A stretch of 64,000 nucleotides of DNA from the NCBI GenBank assembly GCA_951804945.1, contig OX638150.1:50840001-50904000 (forward strand), read 5' to 3'. Below are positions 1 to 13,587 of this stretch, piece by piece. Made by a program: the position numbers and the translations under genes. The notes beneath the pieces are model-generated. The model did no database searches, was not told the origin of the DNA, and saw only the letters and a program-made list of their open reading frames with translations. Each line of letters opens with the position of its first letter. Position 1 is the first letter of the stretch. Source of the stretch: Podarcis cretensis. Lineage: Eukaryota.

Positions 1-452
1 GCTTGCCACTAGCAGCTGGCCTGCCACTTTTCAGCTAGTTATCTTTTTTTGTTGTTGTTCTGGCCCAGGCAATTGCAGCAGGGTTGGCCATGTACTTGCT
101 GCTCTTTCTTTTTCTGCAGTAATGTGTGCACTAGACAATACACACGGAGCCTTCTGGGAGCATCAAGCATGCTTCAGCCAAGCACCCCACATGTGCCTGA
201 AGACTTTCCCCCCTCCAGTATGTTCAATGGGTCACTGGGCTCCCTTACTTTATATGAGCTGCACCCCTGCGCCTAGGCATCCCATGACCATGAACAGCAG
301 TGTAGCGGTCCATTTAGAAGTGCAGGAGTTCATCATGACAGATGCAATTGTCACACCCTAAGGCAGGGAGATCTGTGTCATAAGTACTGACCTGGTGAGG
401 TCCTTGGTAGCAAATAAAAGGTTTAGGTGTGTAGTTGCAACCCTTACCGTAC

Positions 453-651
453 CTCCACTATCCACCAGCCATCGGTTAGTGTTGCCCTTGGTGTCCCTGT
501 CATGCAAGAGAGCCACAATCTGCCCCCTCTGCAATACCAAGTCCATGTTTTTGCTGCCACTGGTGTTGCTTGTCACTTGATATAGCTTTTCTGGGCCATG
601 TTTGCTCATGAGCAAATGGACTTTCCTCTCCTCTGCAGGGCTAAGAGGCTG
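453..651 (-). CDS. ARHGEF37: ARHGEF37 coding exon 10 (QPLSPAEERKV...LYQVTSN...RWLVDSGG), SH3 domain; both boundaries have alternatives (648 start, 448 end)
   Basis: SH3 motifs DLVLQRGQIVALL and RWLVDSGG; CAGCAG acceptor; GGAG|GTACGG donor. Confidence 0.87.
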
Positions 652-1666
652 CTGAAAAGACACAGGGAGAAGTGGGTCAGAAACATCTTTCTGCAGTCAA
701 CTGTGCGACCACGTTAGTGCACTGGAGGATGAGTCATCATAAGTAGGGTGCAGCCACATCTGAACCAAAATATCTTAGAAGATGATGAAACAAATCCTGC
801 AAATTGAACCAATTCTTTACATTTTACTGCATTGAACAGTGGGTTTGTGCAGATAACCTAACAGGATATATGCTTCCTATGGGGTAGATTTATTTTATTT
901 TTAAGAAAATAAGAGTTAAAATTGCAGCCGGGAAGCACTGAGGAAGCAGACGTTTTGTGGGTTAAAGATGAGCTATACTGTTGCAGAATTTAGCTGTGAA
1001 TAAAAACTCTGATGGGAAAAGGGGAAGGAAATTATTTGCATTTGCTTCTGTACTCACAGCTGCACTCCTTCCACAGAGATCCTCTGGGCTGGGGGGTGGC
1101 TGTGGAATGCTAGTGCTAAGGCCTTTATAAACATTTACTTAAATAAAAATAAATGCACAGTAGTTAATCACAGAATGCAGGGGATACAAACACCTTGCCT
1201 GAGAGACAGCCCACAATACATTTTAGTGTGCAAGAGTGAGAAACTATAATGTTCAAACAGTTTGTTTCCCTGTAAAGATATTCTGAAACCTGCTGCCTTT
1301 TGCTGCCTGCCTGATCCTGTCCAAGAGTTGGTTCTGTTTCATTTGTGTTTTGGTATTTTGCCTTGGGATTATTGTGGTTCCTGAGTACTAAAATTCCAAT
1401 ATTTTATTAGCATACGGGGTGGGGGGGTGGGGTGGGAATCCAGTTACTGCCTGAAACTAGGACATATATAGTGAAGAATAGTCTTATGCAAGTGTCATGG
1501 GGACCTGGTGGATAGCAGCAACAACACCACTGGTATGAGTAACTTCCCCCCTCTTTGCCCATGCCACATATTAATGTATCAATCAGCCATCGTGTCTGGG
1601 GAGTTGTGGGAGAGGCGGGGGAAGAAAGGTTGCAGGAACACCCTCTAACCTTCATCAGTCTCCTAC

Positions 1667-1795
1667 CTCTGCAACAGAGCTTGGCATAACAGTCTCAAAT
1701 TTCTTGCAGTAGGAGTAGAGCTGAGCTTCAGCCTGGCTTAAAGAGTCCTTCACCATCTTCCCAAAATCAGGTGCAGGGAGGTGTCTGTGTGGCAG
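1667..1795 (-). CDS. ARHGEF37: ARHGEF37 coding exon 9 (LPHRHLPAPDFGKMVKDSLSQAEAQL...SVAE)
   Basis: ttctttaCAG acceptor, GAG|GTAGGA donor, 129 nt phase 0/0. Confidence 0.85.
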
Positions 1796-3922
1796 CTGTA
1801 AAGAAGAACCTTATAATTAATTGGAGATTTGGGGGTGGGGGTGGGGGTGAATTATGGAAAGCAGAGAAAGGTACTTTTTATATTAAAAAATAAGATAATA
1901 ACAGAAGATAATGATGAGATTCGTAGCAGATTTTATGTACAAATATAAATTTTGCTAGAGGTTTCTGAAAGCATGCAAAAGATCCATCCTGTTTGCAAGC
2001 TAAGTCCATCCTGTTGTGTGCAGCATATGTCTCTGCCAGTGCTTACTTTGCATTTTCCTTGCTCCTTCTTTGTTTACAGTCACTGGAAGAGGGACAGAGA
2101 TGAATTGCATCCTTTTGTGTGTGGAAGGGATGAGGTTGTGAGAAGGAAGTAATCTCCTATAGCCATTGGGACTGCAAGGCAAGTCCTGCTCTCTGTAGTC
2201 GATTTATAAAACGATGTATGGTGCGGAGATGGAGATATATATATAATTTCTCCCTGTCCCAGAAGAATCCAAGAGTGCTGTATCACTCAGTGAAGAAAGC
2301 ACCTCTTCACACAATGCATCATTAATGTACGATACACTCCTGCCCCCAGAAATAGTAAAGACTCCTGATTTAAATGGCTTTAAAAGAAGATTAGTCAAAT
2401 TTCTAGAGATTAGGGCTATCCATGGCTATTTCTTGCAAAGGCTATACAGAACCTCCATGTTCAGAAGCAATATACTTCGGAATGCCAGTTGCTTGGGTAC
2501 AAATTGGGGAAGGGCTATTGCCTTCATGACCTGCTTGTGCAGTTTCCTTCTGGGGAATAAATGAGAGTTTCAGTGTGATCCAAAAGAGCTATTCTTCTGT
2601 ATTTTGATTTATTAAGGTAGTACGTTCTTCTAGTGCATCCAGCAGGGCTTTCTCAATGGTGGGGCCCATGTTATGGAAGAACCTCCCCCAGGAAAGAATC
2701 CACACTGCATGTTTTCAGCTGTCTGCAAAAGCACCTTCGCAAGTTGGTTTTCGTGGTTTTGTGAGTTTAACATGTGAAGGGCACAGACTAGTTAGTTTTA
2801 TTGCTGGTTTACATTATAGTGCATTGCCTCAAGCACACAGTGGCAAGGCAATGATGTCATATTTGGAGGAATTCAACCTCGCTCTAAGCTGATAGTTCCT
2901 TCGGGGCAAGGCTTTTGGCTTGCCAAATGGAAGGATCCCTCCTCTCTTGTCCTCCATGTCCTGTTCCAGGTGTTCTCCCAACCTGCCCTGAGCTACGTTT
3001 GCAGGGCAGAGAGACAGGGCAACCATGTTGCACATGTCCTTGCAGAGAGCATCCGCTGACAGGCTCATTAGCTGAATCTTGCTCACTGGGTGGTATGCTA
3101 CTTAATTTTACTCAGAGAAGACCCATTGAAATTAATAGGCATGACTAAATTAGAAACAATTAACTAAAATATGTTCAACTGTTGCTTGTGGAGCAGGCAG
3201 TGGGGCAGCTTACCAGATCTGGGTGAAAAACAGAAGCAGCAAGCACAGATCCTGGCATAGCAGGAAAGGGCATTGAAAGGCTGGTGGTGTGGGAAAGGAT
3301 CATATAAGGATCTGAAACTCTGAGTCTTTTAAAATTTGGAGAGTCTCCGAGAGATTGAGAACAAGCCTGTCTTAGTCAGGTGACTCACTGCTTGGGCAGG
3401 ATTCTAACACTGCTGAAGCACATGTCTTTGGCTGGGCAGGAGGAACAGAATCAGCTCTCCAAAGAAAAGGCATACAGCTTCATGGATATAAATGGAAGAT
3501 CTCTTTAATAAATATGCTAATAGATGCTAGCTTAATGCTCATTGTTATCAGAAGCAGGGAGGAAGGAAGAAGAGAGGGCAGTGGGCACCTGTTAGCCACA
3601 GTTAAACCTATTTCCTCTCTCTATTGAACTGTTTGAGGAGAGGGGAAGCGGCTTTTAGTCTTTCCCCAACAGCCTCACTGGTAACGTAGCAAATGTCACA
3701 GTCCAAACCCGGGGTCCCTTTCTTGGTCACCCATGCATATGACCAAGAGGTAGAGCCTGGGAACCATCTTTAACTGAGACGATAGTTTTACTAAGCACCC
3801 TTTCCCACTCCATCTGCCAGTGCATGTATGTCCCTAAGCCTGGGAGGCAATACAGTTATCTGTTGTCTCTAGGCACAAACACCATAACCCCACATCCTCA
3901 TCCTCCCTTCCAATCTTTTTAC

Positions 3923-4252
3923 CTGGGTAGCCTCCCGTTCTGCCTCTTGGAGAACTTGCTTGGCCAGATCCCTCAGAAGGGCCACAAAAGTACGCAGAAT
4001 ATGCCCCAGCCACTGCCGGGCCACCTGGTTGAACACTGGGAGCTCAGACACAAGCAGCGAATTTATAGCAAGATAGGTATTCATGGCAGCCTCCTCTTCA
4101 TATGTCACACTGCCTGTCTCGTTCCTCTTCTCCTCAAATTCCTCATAGTCCAGCTGCTTGTCCAAGCGCTTCTTGATCAGTTTTTGAGGCCCTTTCAGAG
4201 TCTCTGACAAGTTGACCAGCGGAAGGTACACCAGGTTCTCCAGTCGTCTCCT
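3923..4252 (-). CDS. ARHGEF37: ARHGEF37 coding exon 8 ([12 protein letters not shown]...[16 protein letters not shown]...ELPVFNQ...EATQ), BAR domain
   Basis: BAR motifs [13 protein letters not shown] and LLVSELP; CAG acceptor, CAG|GTAAAA donor; 330 nt. Confidence 0.92.
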
Positions 4253-4949
4253 CTGCAAAGCAAGGAAAATCAAATACAGTTCTGAAATCTTGGCCTCCCC
4301 TGACTCAGCAGATGGGAGGCATCGGGGACTGGGGCCCTTTGGGGTTCCACTAGGGAAGTGCTGAGGAATTCTTGCTCCAAAAGGTCAAGGAACATGCTCT
4401 GGGTCCCATCACCAGACTCCACCTTCTCACCTGTTATGCAACATGAACAGCCCAAGCCCAAAGGAACCCAGTTCCTAACAAAGATTTGCGGCATCATTTT
4501 ACAACAATGAGCAACATGGGTCAGAATACAGTCAAAGGAAAGGCTATGTATACAGCCAGGTCTCTCCCCCCCCCCCAAATTCAAATTGAAGTTGGAGGGC
4601 GGAATGCAGTATTTCATAAGAAGTAACAGGGTAGATATAGAAGAGAGATGGGTTTGTGGTGAATGCTGTGTGCACACTGCTTCCTAAACTAGCAGTGGGG
4701 ATGCACTGGATTTATAGTAAGCAGGAGTGTGTAAACAGCCAAACTTTCAGTGTTTGTAGAATCAAGGCAGATGTTGTAGAGCAGTAGAACATGTGTTCTG
4801 GATGATTCAGAGATAAGCAGCCATCAAATATGCTACCAGGAAATGGAAAAGCTCTGAAGCAGCCAGGATGGAGGAAGGTAGATCTGCTACATTCTTCCTC
4901 CCTACACCACAACCAGGCTGTAACTAGAAAGAACCAAGACGTTACTTAC

Positions 4950-5060
4950 AAACTCAGCAAAGACAGTGCTGTGGAGTTTTCCTGCAAGTTGGCAATATTG
5001 TTGGATAGTCCCTCCTTCTGTTCCTAGTTCGTTCTCATGCGGTTTATAGCTGAGGAACGC
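4950..5060 (-). CDS. ARHGEF37: ARHGEF37 coding exon 7 (AFLSYKPHENELGTEGGTIQQYCQLAGKLHSTVFAEF)
   Basis: Strong polypyrimidine acceptor, GTAAGT donor, 111 nt open frame; not in the ORF track, found by reading. Confidence 0.85.
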
Positions 5061-7816
5061 CTAAGAGACAAAGAAAAGAGCCTGATTACATGAAGAAGTG
5101 ATTAAGATATGTTTTTGCTGCTAGGCAGTGTCGCCAATACTGAACTAGATGGACCAGTATTCTGACCTGGTAGAAAGCAGCTCCCTACAGTCCCAGAGTA
5201 GGGAATTAATTTTCAATTAATTGACCCATCTGTATCCTGGTTTTCTGAAACACTGGGTAGCTAACAATGCTATGAGAGAGGAACCGTGAGTTATGACATT
5301 GATCCAATAAAGGAAGATCTGTGGTGAAACTTTCTTCAAAATGCACTGGGTGGTCTTTCATCTTCAAGTCCAAACATTCTTCTCCTTTCTGTTCTGGTTA
5401 CATAACCTGCTTAGAGTATCAGTGAAATATGTGACTGAATGGGGCCATTAGTACCAACAAATCTATTTTTAGATGGTGCTCTGAAGTCTCATAACTTCTT
5501 ACTGTGAGGCTGATTGTATACCAATAAAAACTTCCACAATCTATTGCAGAGTCCCAAAACCATAGAATCTGCAAAGCAGCGAATTGTGATCACAGATCAC
5601 TACTTTGTGTAACTAACAGCAAAGTCAACATATTTTTAATTTTTCTGATTTCAGCCAGCTCCTACTTCAGAAACATAACCTGCTCAAAGAATGAGTGAAG
5701 CAGCCTATTGTATGGAGCCGTTCACACTAATTCTCAGTGGCAAGTGTGTTTTTAGATGGGCACACTCCTGTTTCCTCTGCATCCAGTGAGCTCCCACTTC
5801 TGCTTTGGGAAGTGGTGTACACACCACGTTAACCACAATCCACATCTATTCTGTATCTACCCTTTCATTTTTAATGAAACATTGCATTTTGATGCATTTG
5901 AAGAAGAGGGATTTGCATGGGTTAACACAAAGAAGGAACATAAATATTCCCAGACTATCCCTGTACCTTTAACCTGTCAACTTACTTCTTCTCTATCCCC
6001 TTGTTTCTTAGACTGATATGTTGCATCCTGTTTACAACTTCCTGCTCCTCCTCACACTCCTCTCTTCGACCTCAAGATAAGAGGGTCATCTTCCTGCTTT
6101 CCTCTAAGAGAACAACGGAGCAGACATGACTGCCCTGTCCTCCTAGACTAATTAGTTAGGTCAGAACTTGAAACTTTCCCATCCATGTTATGTATTTCCT
6201 AAAACAAATAACATTATCATTTTCTCACCTACAAGCATCTCTCTGTGTGTGATTGCAGCAAAGATTCACCACCCAAATGCTGCTCACTACATTCAAAAGG
6301 GTTTCAGTAGGCAATTGGGCCCTGCTAACCCAGTGGATCCAAACTGAAAAATGAATGGCCTAGCTGCACTTTAAGATGGCCATTGTGCTCCAAAGTACCC
6401 CTATGGGATAGATCTGGTGTGGGGATGTATCTATCCTAAGGAAAACAGAGTCTTGTGAAAGAAAGCATCAGAATCAGTTATGAGAATAAAAAAGTGGGAG
6501 GATTTTCTGGTCACTCTGGGCTCATCCACACTTCCTCTTGTCCTGCAACTTTCCCCTGGGGAAAACTGCTCTTTAGAGCTCAATTGGAGCAAATGGCAAT
6601 TTGGGCTTTCTATGGATTGCTATTTGCTCCCAATTAGAGCTAAAGAGTGGATTCTCCCTGGGAAAGGAATGGGGCAAGGGAAAAAATGTTTGGACCCATG
6701 CTTTCCAGGCATGGGACAAGTGGAAGTGTGTTTAAGCCCTCTGTCTAACCTCTTTCAAGAAGTGCATTCTGAACTCCGTAATGTTGAGACTGTGCTTGAG
6801 GGTGAAGTCTGGGCTCTTTGTTTGTGGCCAAGGACTGATACTTGCAAATGTATGAGGAAGAAAAAAGCAGAGCAATTTAAAAGCTGTTGTCAACCTGCCA
6901 AACAATGCATTTGGAGGTCAGGTTGTTTCCGCCCTTGGTTCATATAATCCCGGGAGTTTATTCACACCTCCAACAGGATCTCCCCCAGGGCATGGAGCCT
7001 GAGTATGTTCGACATGATGAATCTCAAGAGCAGGGGATTGCAGCATGTGCCAAGCACTGTTAGCTTTGAGAACACTCTTTCTGATTCATTTTCTTGCTAG
7101 CAAAACACCAGAGCAGACTGGGCATAAAGCAATAATACCACTATGAAAGCTTAAACTGTGACACAGCCCATCTCTCAGGCTCAGCAGAAGAAAGATTGAT
7201 GTGTTTCCTAAGGTTTGGTTCCCTATCTGCTTTCAAAATCTTTACTGGTGGAAACTATCTCAATTCCTGCTGGAAGATTACAGCTTGCCTCCCAGAAGAG
7301 CATTTATTCATACTTACTCCTTTCCTTTCAATTACCTGTTAATATACCTGAGGAATTGTGGATGAACATCCCATCCACAGATATGAACCTGAAATGCACA
7401 GATGGCAAGGAAGACCCCAAAGGTGTAGCCAGGTGTTTGTGTCAGACTCACATCTGAAAATGTTCTCCAATGTAAAGATGTGCATCTGCAGCCATTTTAA
7501 GAGCATAAAAATATTCCTGCTAGATCCCTCATGCAGACTCATTTCCCCAAATTGAATTTGGATTAGTGCTGTTTCTCTGTGGCTTGCGGAAATCAGAACT
7601 AATGGGCCCAGGCACTTACATGCAAACTAAAAGTTTTAACTCTGATACAAATGGGCAGACCTCAGTCATGATTCTCCAAGTACTTTCTGACCAGCTACTG
7701 AAACTTTGTCAGAGACAATGACGGGTTGTCAAGGGTACTCTAAGAAATCCCTGCTGAGTACTCTGTGTACTTATCCCATGAGATAGCTTCAACATGAGAT
7801 AAATGAATATTAATAC

Positions 7817-7921
7817 CTCCGTGTTGCCCAGGAAAGAGGCCACATTCTCCTTCAGATCGGCTACAGCTGATGACAAATCTTGGAACTTTTCTTCCAGTGT
7901 GTCAAACTCTTTGTCCTTTGT
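7817..7921 (-). CDS. ARHGEF37: ARHGEF37 coding exon 6 (TKDKEFDTLEEKFQDL...NTE), BAR domain start
   Basis: TxDxEF BAR-start motif; tttAG acceptor, GAG|GTATTA donor; 105 nt. Confidence 0.88.
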
Positions 7922-8592
7922 CTAAAGACCAGAGAGAGGAAATTATATTATAGCCCCAATGGACAGCAAAGGGTTAGCCTTAAGTTACAGAATGCTAGGG
8001 GAGAAGATGAGACGCTAAATGTGTTGGCATGGTAGCAACAGTACATAGTGATGCCTGTGCATGTGCATCATTCCTTTACATTTGTATTGCAAATAATGGG
8101 TTGAATCCAATAGTGCCGTTCTGTTCATGTGACAGACTTCTACTTGTTCAGTGGAACTTCCTTCTCCTCTCCTCTGCAGCCCCATTCCCAAAATCTGCTC
8201 AAGAGGGCTAGGGGTGCCATGGAGCAGATTTTGGGGGTGCACAAGGACAGGAGAGGAAGTTCTATTGCACCTCTCATGCAGTGTTGAACAAAATATTAAT
8301 GAATTATTATCATTTACACAAAACAAGCACCTGTCGCCTTTGGAGTCTTCCAGGAAATTAAACATTATTCCTGATATATGCACACCTTAGATCAACAGGA
8401 AACTAAATACCTAATGCAAGACTTGCTATGTGAATTCTTCTTCTGTACTTCTGAAGTGCCCTGGTGCCTGATAACATTTTCCTGTTATATATCTGCTGCA
8501 TAAACAGCAGAGTTGGGATATTGAAAGGGATGGTTTCATTTTATTTTCAAATTATGCTAATAAAAAATTAAGATTAAAAAATAAGAACTATG

Positions 8593-8767
8593 GAGGGTCA
8601 TAGCTCAGTGGCAAAGCATCTGCTTTGCATGCAGGTCTCTGGTTCAGTCCCTGGCATCTCCAGGCAGACCCTTGTCTGAAAAACTGGAGAGCTGCTGCCA
8701 GCCAGTGTAGACAATACTGACTTAACCCAACCAGTGGTCTGACTCGGTATACAGTAGCTTCTTATGC
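8593..8767 (+). mobile_element. tRNA-Ala-derived SINE (Squam2-like); further copies at ~26752-26932 and ~38075-38220
   Basis: tagctcagtgg..agcatctgctttgcatgcag..ggttcagtccctggcatctcca head; shared tail gctgccagccagtgtagacaatactga...cagcttcctatg. Confidence 0.7.
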
Positions 8768-9511
8768 ACTTATGACTACTAGGACATGGAGAGAGGAGAT
8801 TAAATTTAAAACTATACAGATAAAAATTGAAATAAAAAGGCCAAGAGGATTCCTTGCAATTCCTGGATCCCCCCCCCCCCCCCGCCCCGGATTTTTTCAG
8901 TTCATTCTCACACTTCAGAAACCACATAAACCAGGTTGCAATGCCCTGACACTGCTAATTTTTTTGCTGATGGAAAGAACCATGACTTCGTTTCAGACTG
9001 CCAGCTCAGCTTCCCATTGTGGTTAATGACTGATCGGCTGCTCTTAAGCAGGGTCAAAGGGCTTAAACTTCTGTAAAATAGGAACCACCTTGAGCTTGAT
9101 ACCTCGGCAGGAGTGCAATGAGGACAGGAAAATGCTTTGCATTCTTACCACACTGCACAATTTACTGGTGTTGCCGTTAACTATGAAAGAAACACTCCTG
9201 GCCAGGTCACAAGTGGGCGCTGTTATGTGATCTCCTCAATGTTGATGTCATGATCCCAAAACCGACTGCATGAGCTCAGAGAGGCTAAAATGTGATAGCT
9301 TATTGCTATCTATGAAGCAGCCTGAAGACACCAAGTCAGTGAGTTCAGTCTGATGAAATAGAAACTATGGGTGGCATAGAAGAATGCTTTTCCAACAGCC
9401 AGTCTTGGTATGTGTGTGTGTCCTGAATTCACCCTCCCTTGCCACTCTAGGATGCTGCCAGCCCATCATTTCAGTGAGATAGTGGAGACAAGACAAGCAC
9501 AGAGCACTCAC

Positions 9512-9642
9512 CTTAGGCACAATTCCAGCCTCCTGCATAAAGAGGCGGCTCAGTCGTGTGGTCTTCTTGGCAATGGAATGGGGGTTGAGGCGAGCCAGGC
9601 GTTCCCGCAGAGTCAGATACCCAGGCTTGTTATATTTATTTG
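9512..9642 (-). CDS. ARHGEF37: ARHGEF37 coding exon 5 (NKYNKPGYLTLRERLARLNPHSIAKKTTRLSRL...IVPK)
   Basis: DNMBP/ARHGEF37-type HSIAKKTTRLS motif; AAG|GTGAGT donor; 131 nt restores phase 0. Confidence 0.88.
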
Positions 9643-9884
9643 CTATTTTCATGTCACATGGGTTAGAAGGTAGGAAAACAGGGAAGGAGCACATTACACA
9701 AGGTGGAAATGAATGCCCTGGGCATTTGGTGATACAGAACACTGTCCCAATACAAAAAGAAGACTATAGTTTCTGAGACATGGCTTTGGTGGTGGAGAAG
9801 CACCTTGTTCTGTTTTGAAGTATCAGCTATCTTTCAATTAAAACTGGCCCTGAGATTGCCATAAAGGATTTGCTGAGTTGGCCA

Positions 9885-9943
<59 letters not shown>

Positions 9944-9965
9944 TCATTCTTTCTTTCTTTCTTAT
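9885..9965. repeat. (TTTC)n microsatellite
   Basis: Direct tandem repeat. Confidence 0.95.
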
Positions 9966-11448
9966 TTTATTTTTATTTGCTTCTCTGTTACAGTTCTTCA
10001 TTAGTACATCAACATTAGCACAACTGTTGCATTCCAAAAGGATTGGTAAGAAAAATATTTCTTGGGTTGACCACTTTCAAGGAAGCAGCATATTAATTAA
10101 TTATTGGGATTATCACACACCACTCGTCTCTTTCTGTTACCCTTCCCTGTTACCCTTCCACTCTGCTTTGTTTACCATCTAGCCTGGTGAAGAGTTGCAG
10201 AGGACTCAAAACCTTGCACACTGTTTTGTGAAATTTTGGTTGGCCTAAAAAAGGAATTGCCCTACTGTGGGTTTTTTTAATGAGAGAAAATGGCTGCCTT
10301 TGGGTTTTTTAGCATGTACTGTGCCCATCTTCTGAGACCACAGTTAAGGGGCACACTCTGCCCCTTTTGCTTCAGTGCAAACTTTGCCGCTGAGTGCTCC
10401 CAGCTCGACAGGGGATACTCAGCCCAACTCCTCAGGTGCAACTGGGCAACAGCTCCAAAACAAAATGGAAGGATGCTTTCCTCATGTGTTTGCATGGTTG
10501 TGTTTGTGTGTGCGTGGGCATCCATAACACTGAGCAAGAAATTGGCTATCAAGAGACCATGCTGTCTATTGTGTGTCTTTATCTTATGCTGGTCTACTGT
10601 AATTGAGAGAATGAGTGTATGTACACTCTACTTCTGCAGTTGCCAATTGCCTATCTAGGATGTTTTATTTATGTATGGAGGTGCTTTTACTTATGGAGGT
10701 CTATGACTGTAATAATGATTTGGATTTGGATGGTTCAGATCCATATCCAATTGTGAGTATATGGTTCCTGATTCTTAGCCTATTAATTTTCTTAGGGCTG
10801 GTTTAGCAAACTACTCTCAGTGCAGAGGTGGAACTGACGTTAGAGTTACTGAATGATATTCAACTAAGTTTGACATCAGCGCATCCACTGTACTCTTTCT
10901 GGTGCCTGCTGAAAACCTTTTTGTTTAGGTAAGCCTACCAAGATATATAGAATGCTTGCATGTATTTTAATCTGTGTTTAGCTTATTGCTGATTTTAATT
11001 ATTATTTGAATGTTTCAGATGTCTGTTTTAAACTGCTTTTACTGATAAATTTGTTTCACTCTTTCTGAAAACTGCTGTGAGGAATTTTTTTTCTACACTC
11101 AAACTGTTTATAAGTTATATTAAATAATTAAATAAAACAAGTAAGTTTGCAATGTTTATTAATTTCAGTGGGCTTACTCAGAGTAAAACATAGCTCAATA
11201 CGAACTTTTTTTTTTTAAAAAAAATTTCTTTTCTACGCTGTCTGCATTTTTTCTTGTCATTATTGAGACACAGCCATCCTTGGGGTAACCCACTCAATGT
11301 AGACCTCAGAGTCCCACAAGGAGGCATCAAACGTATGCCCAGAGTGGCTTCAGGAGAATAAACAAGCCCAAGTGACTGAAACCACCCACACAGTACAGGG
11401 CTCCTGGAGTAGAGCAGATGGTGTCCAGAGAGCATCCATTTCCCTCAC

Positions 11449-11648
11449 CTACTTCCTTGCGTCTTTTGTACTCATTGATATTGGCATTGACGTCTGTCAT
11501 AGCAGCAGCTGCAGCTTGGAGAGCTCCATAGGCACTGTCGCTGACTGGGGTATTTTCCAATATCTTCTGCAGCAGCAGTGGGTATTTTGTGACCCGTTGC
11601 ACTGGCATCACCAGGAAGAAGCTCAGGTCTGAAGCCCCAATGTGAGGC
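11449..11648 (-). CDS. ARHGEF37: ARHGEF37 coding exon 4 ([19 protein letters not shown]...[13 protein letters not shown])
   Basis: Hallmark DH CR3 motif [12 protein letters not shown]; cAG acceptor, GTGAGG donor; 200 nt. Confidence 0.93.
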
Positions 11649-11768
11649 CTGTCGAAGAGATGCAGAAGGACAGCAAAATTTAAGCAGGCTTCAGAACTTA
11701 CTAGCCTAGTGATTCCCTAGGTTTCTCTAGTAGTACAAGTACTAGTGCTTTTACTTATGGTAGAAGCT

Positions 11769-11934
11769 CATGGGCGTAGCCAAGGGATCAAGTAAATAAA
11801 AATACTTAACTAAGTAGAAAGAATAAGAATAAGTAGAAAGAATCAGAATATTTGACTTCCGTGAATTGACTAATCACGTCACAGGTAGCTTGGTCCCCCC
11901 CCCCCCATTAACATAAATCCTGGCTACGCCCATG
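11769..11934. mobile_element. hAT-type MITE related to the 51.7-kb element
   Basis: TIR CATGGGCGTAGCCA / TGGCTACGCCCATG; no clean TSD seen. Confidence 0.65.
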
Positions 11935-13439
11935 CAGTAATTGTACCCTACTAGTTTGATTTTGTTTGTTTGTTGAAGCCTGTAAGAAAACTGGAACCAT
12001 TGCCTGGTGCCTAGTTATTCTGTCATGGTGCATGGTGATTGTATCATTGCCATGTTAACTGGTTACACCATGCAGCAGGGCCTGGAGAATTCATTTGCTG
12101 CTGTTACATTGACATTATGAATGAGGCCATCCGTGACCAGTGCAAGGCTTCATCTTCCAGCATCTTGTTTCAGCAGTGCCCAACCAGATACTTTTAGGAA
12201 GACCACAAGCAGGGCACAAAAGCAAGAGCCGTCCCCTGTTGTTGCTCCCCAACCACTGGTATTCAGCAGCACACTGCCTCTGAATATGGGGATAGTATAG
12301 CTACCCATAGCAATATCAATTGATAGACATCTCCTACATGATGAATTTGTATAATCCTTTAAACCACCTAAGCTGGTGGTCATAACACCTTATGGCAGTG
12401 AATTCCATAAATCAGTTGTTATGTGAAGAATTGCAGGGAGGGGCAAGAGGCCATTAGTTCTTGGCAATGGAGGCCACAGTACGGGCTTGAACACTGAATG
12501 CTGCCACATATGCATGGCACATCATGGATGCTGGATGCTGGGAACTATAAGAAATTAATGGAACCACAGTGGGAAGATGTAACATAGACCATATTTGCAC
12601 TCTGATCTTGCCCATTATTCTCTATTCATTCTCTTACTGATTCCACACAAACACCCCCCCCCCCCCCGATTCTGGGCTAGAAACTAGCTGGGGTTAACTA
12701 ATGTACGCTTTGTTCCATTGACCTGCGCAGACCTTGGCAGATTTCCACTCTCTGGTTTGGGGAGCTTGTCCTTGCTCATTTGCAAAAGAGAACTGTCGCC
12801 TCTCACAGCCGTGCTCAGTCACTCAGATAACAGTCTCAGCGAGCTGAAGTGATGGACTGACCCGAAGGACACAGATGCTGCCAGCCACTGACTGATGTCC
12901 TTGCCTCATTACACACAGTGTCATGTTTGTTTAGCTAACGAACTCACCCTGGGATTGATTCTTCTCCAACAGATGGAAGGAAGAAGTAACAGTGCCTGGG
13001 AATAGCTGCCTGCAGCAGGGCCTCTGAGTGGGCACTGCATCACAACATGGCCACGATCTTTTTAGCCATATCCAGAAACACACTGCTGAATAGGTTGAAA
13101 AACAGAAGTTCCTGGTTCAGTTCCTCATTGCCATTGGTGGACCTTCGGATTAACCACCAACAATGACACGGGCAACAGAAGCAAGAAGAGTGTGAGGAGT
13201 AACTATACATTGTGGAGGGCAAGTAAACCAGAAATAATGTGGGGCCCTCTAGATGTTGTTGGACTACAACTCCCATCAGCCCCAGCCAGGATAGCTAACA
13301 ATGAGGGATGATGGGAGTTGTAGTTCACAACACCTGGAGAGCATCACATTGGCTCCCCCTTAAGTAGACAAGCCCACTTCACAAGCCTATTTCACATTTG
13401 AAGTCTGGGTCACATGTTTCTATCAAGGGAGCTACTTAC

Positions 13440-13587
13440 ACTGTGACAGTCAGGGTATCCACAATCTCTTTCTGAAGCCTTGGCTCATTCCTGTAAATCT
13501 CCAGCAGTAGAAGAGCTTGATCATAGTCACCACAATAAATTTTATAGACATTCTCCATCTCCTCTTTGAGCTCTTGGAATAAGGTGC
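13440..13587 (-). CDS. ARHGEF37: ARHGEF37 coding exon 3 ([28 protein letters not shown]...)
   Basis: TAG acceptor, GTAAGT donor, 148 nt; DH motif YKIYC.DYDQA; phase matches neighbours. Confidence 0.9.
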
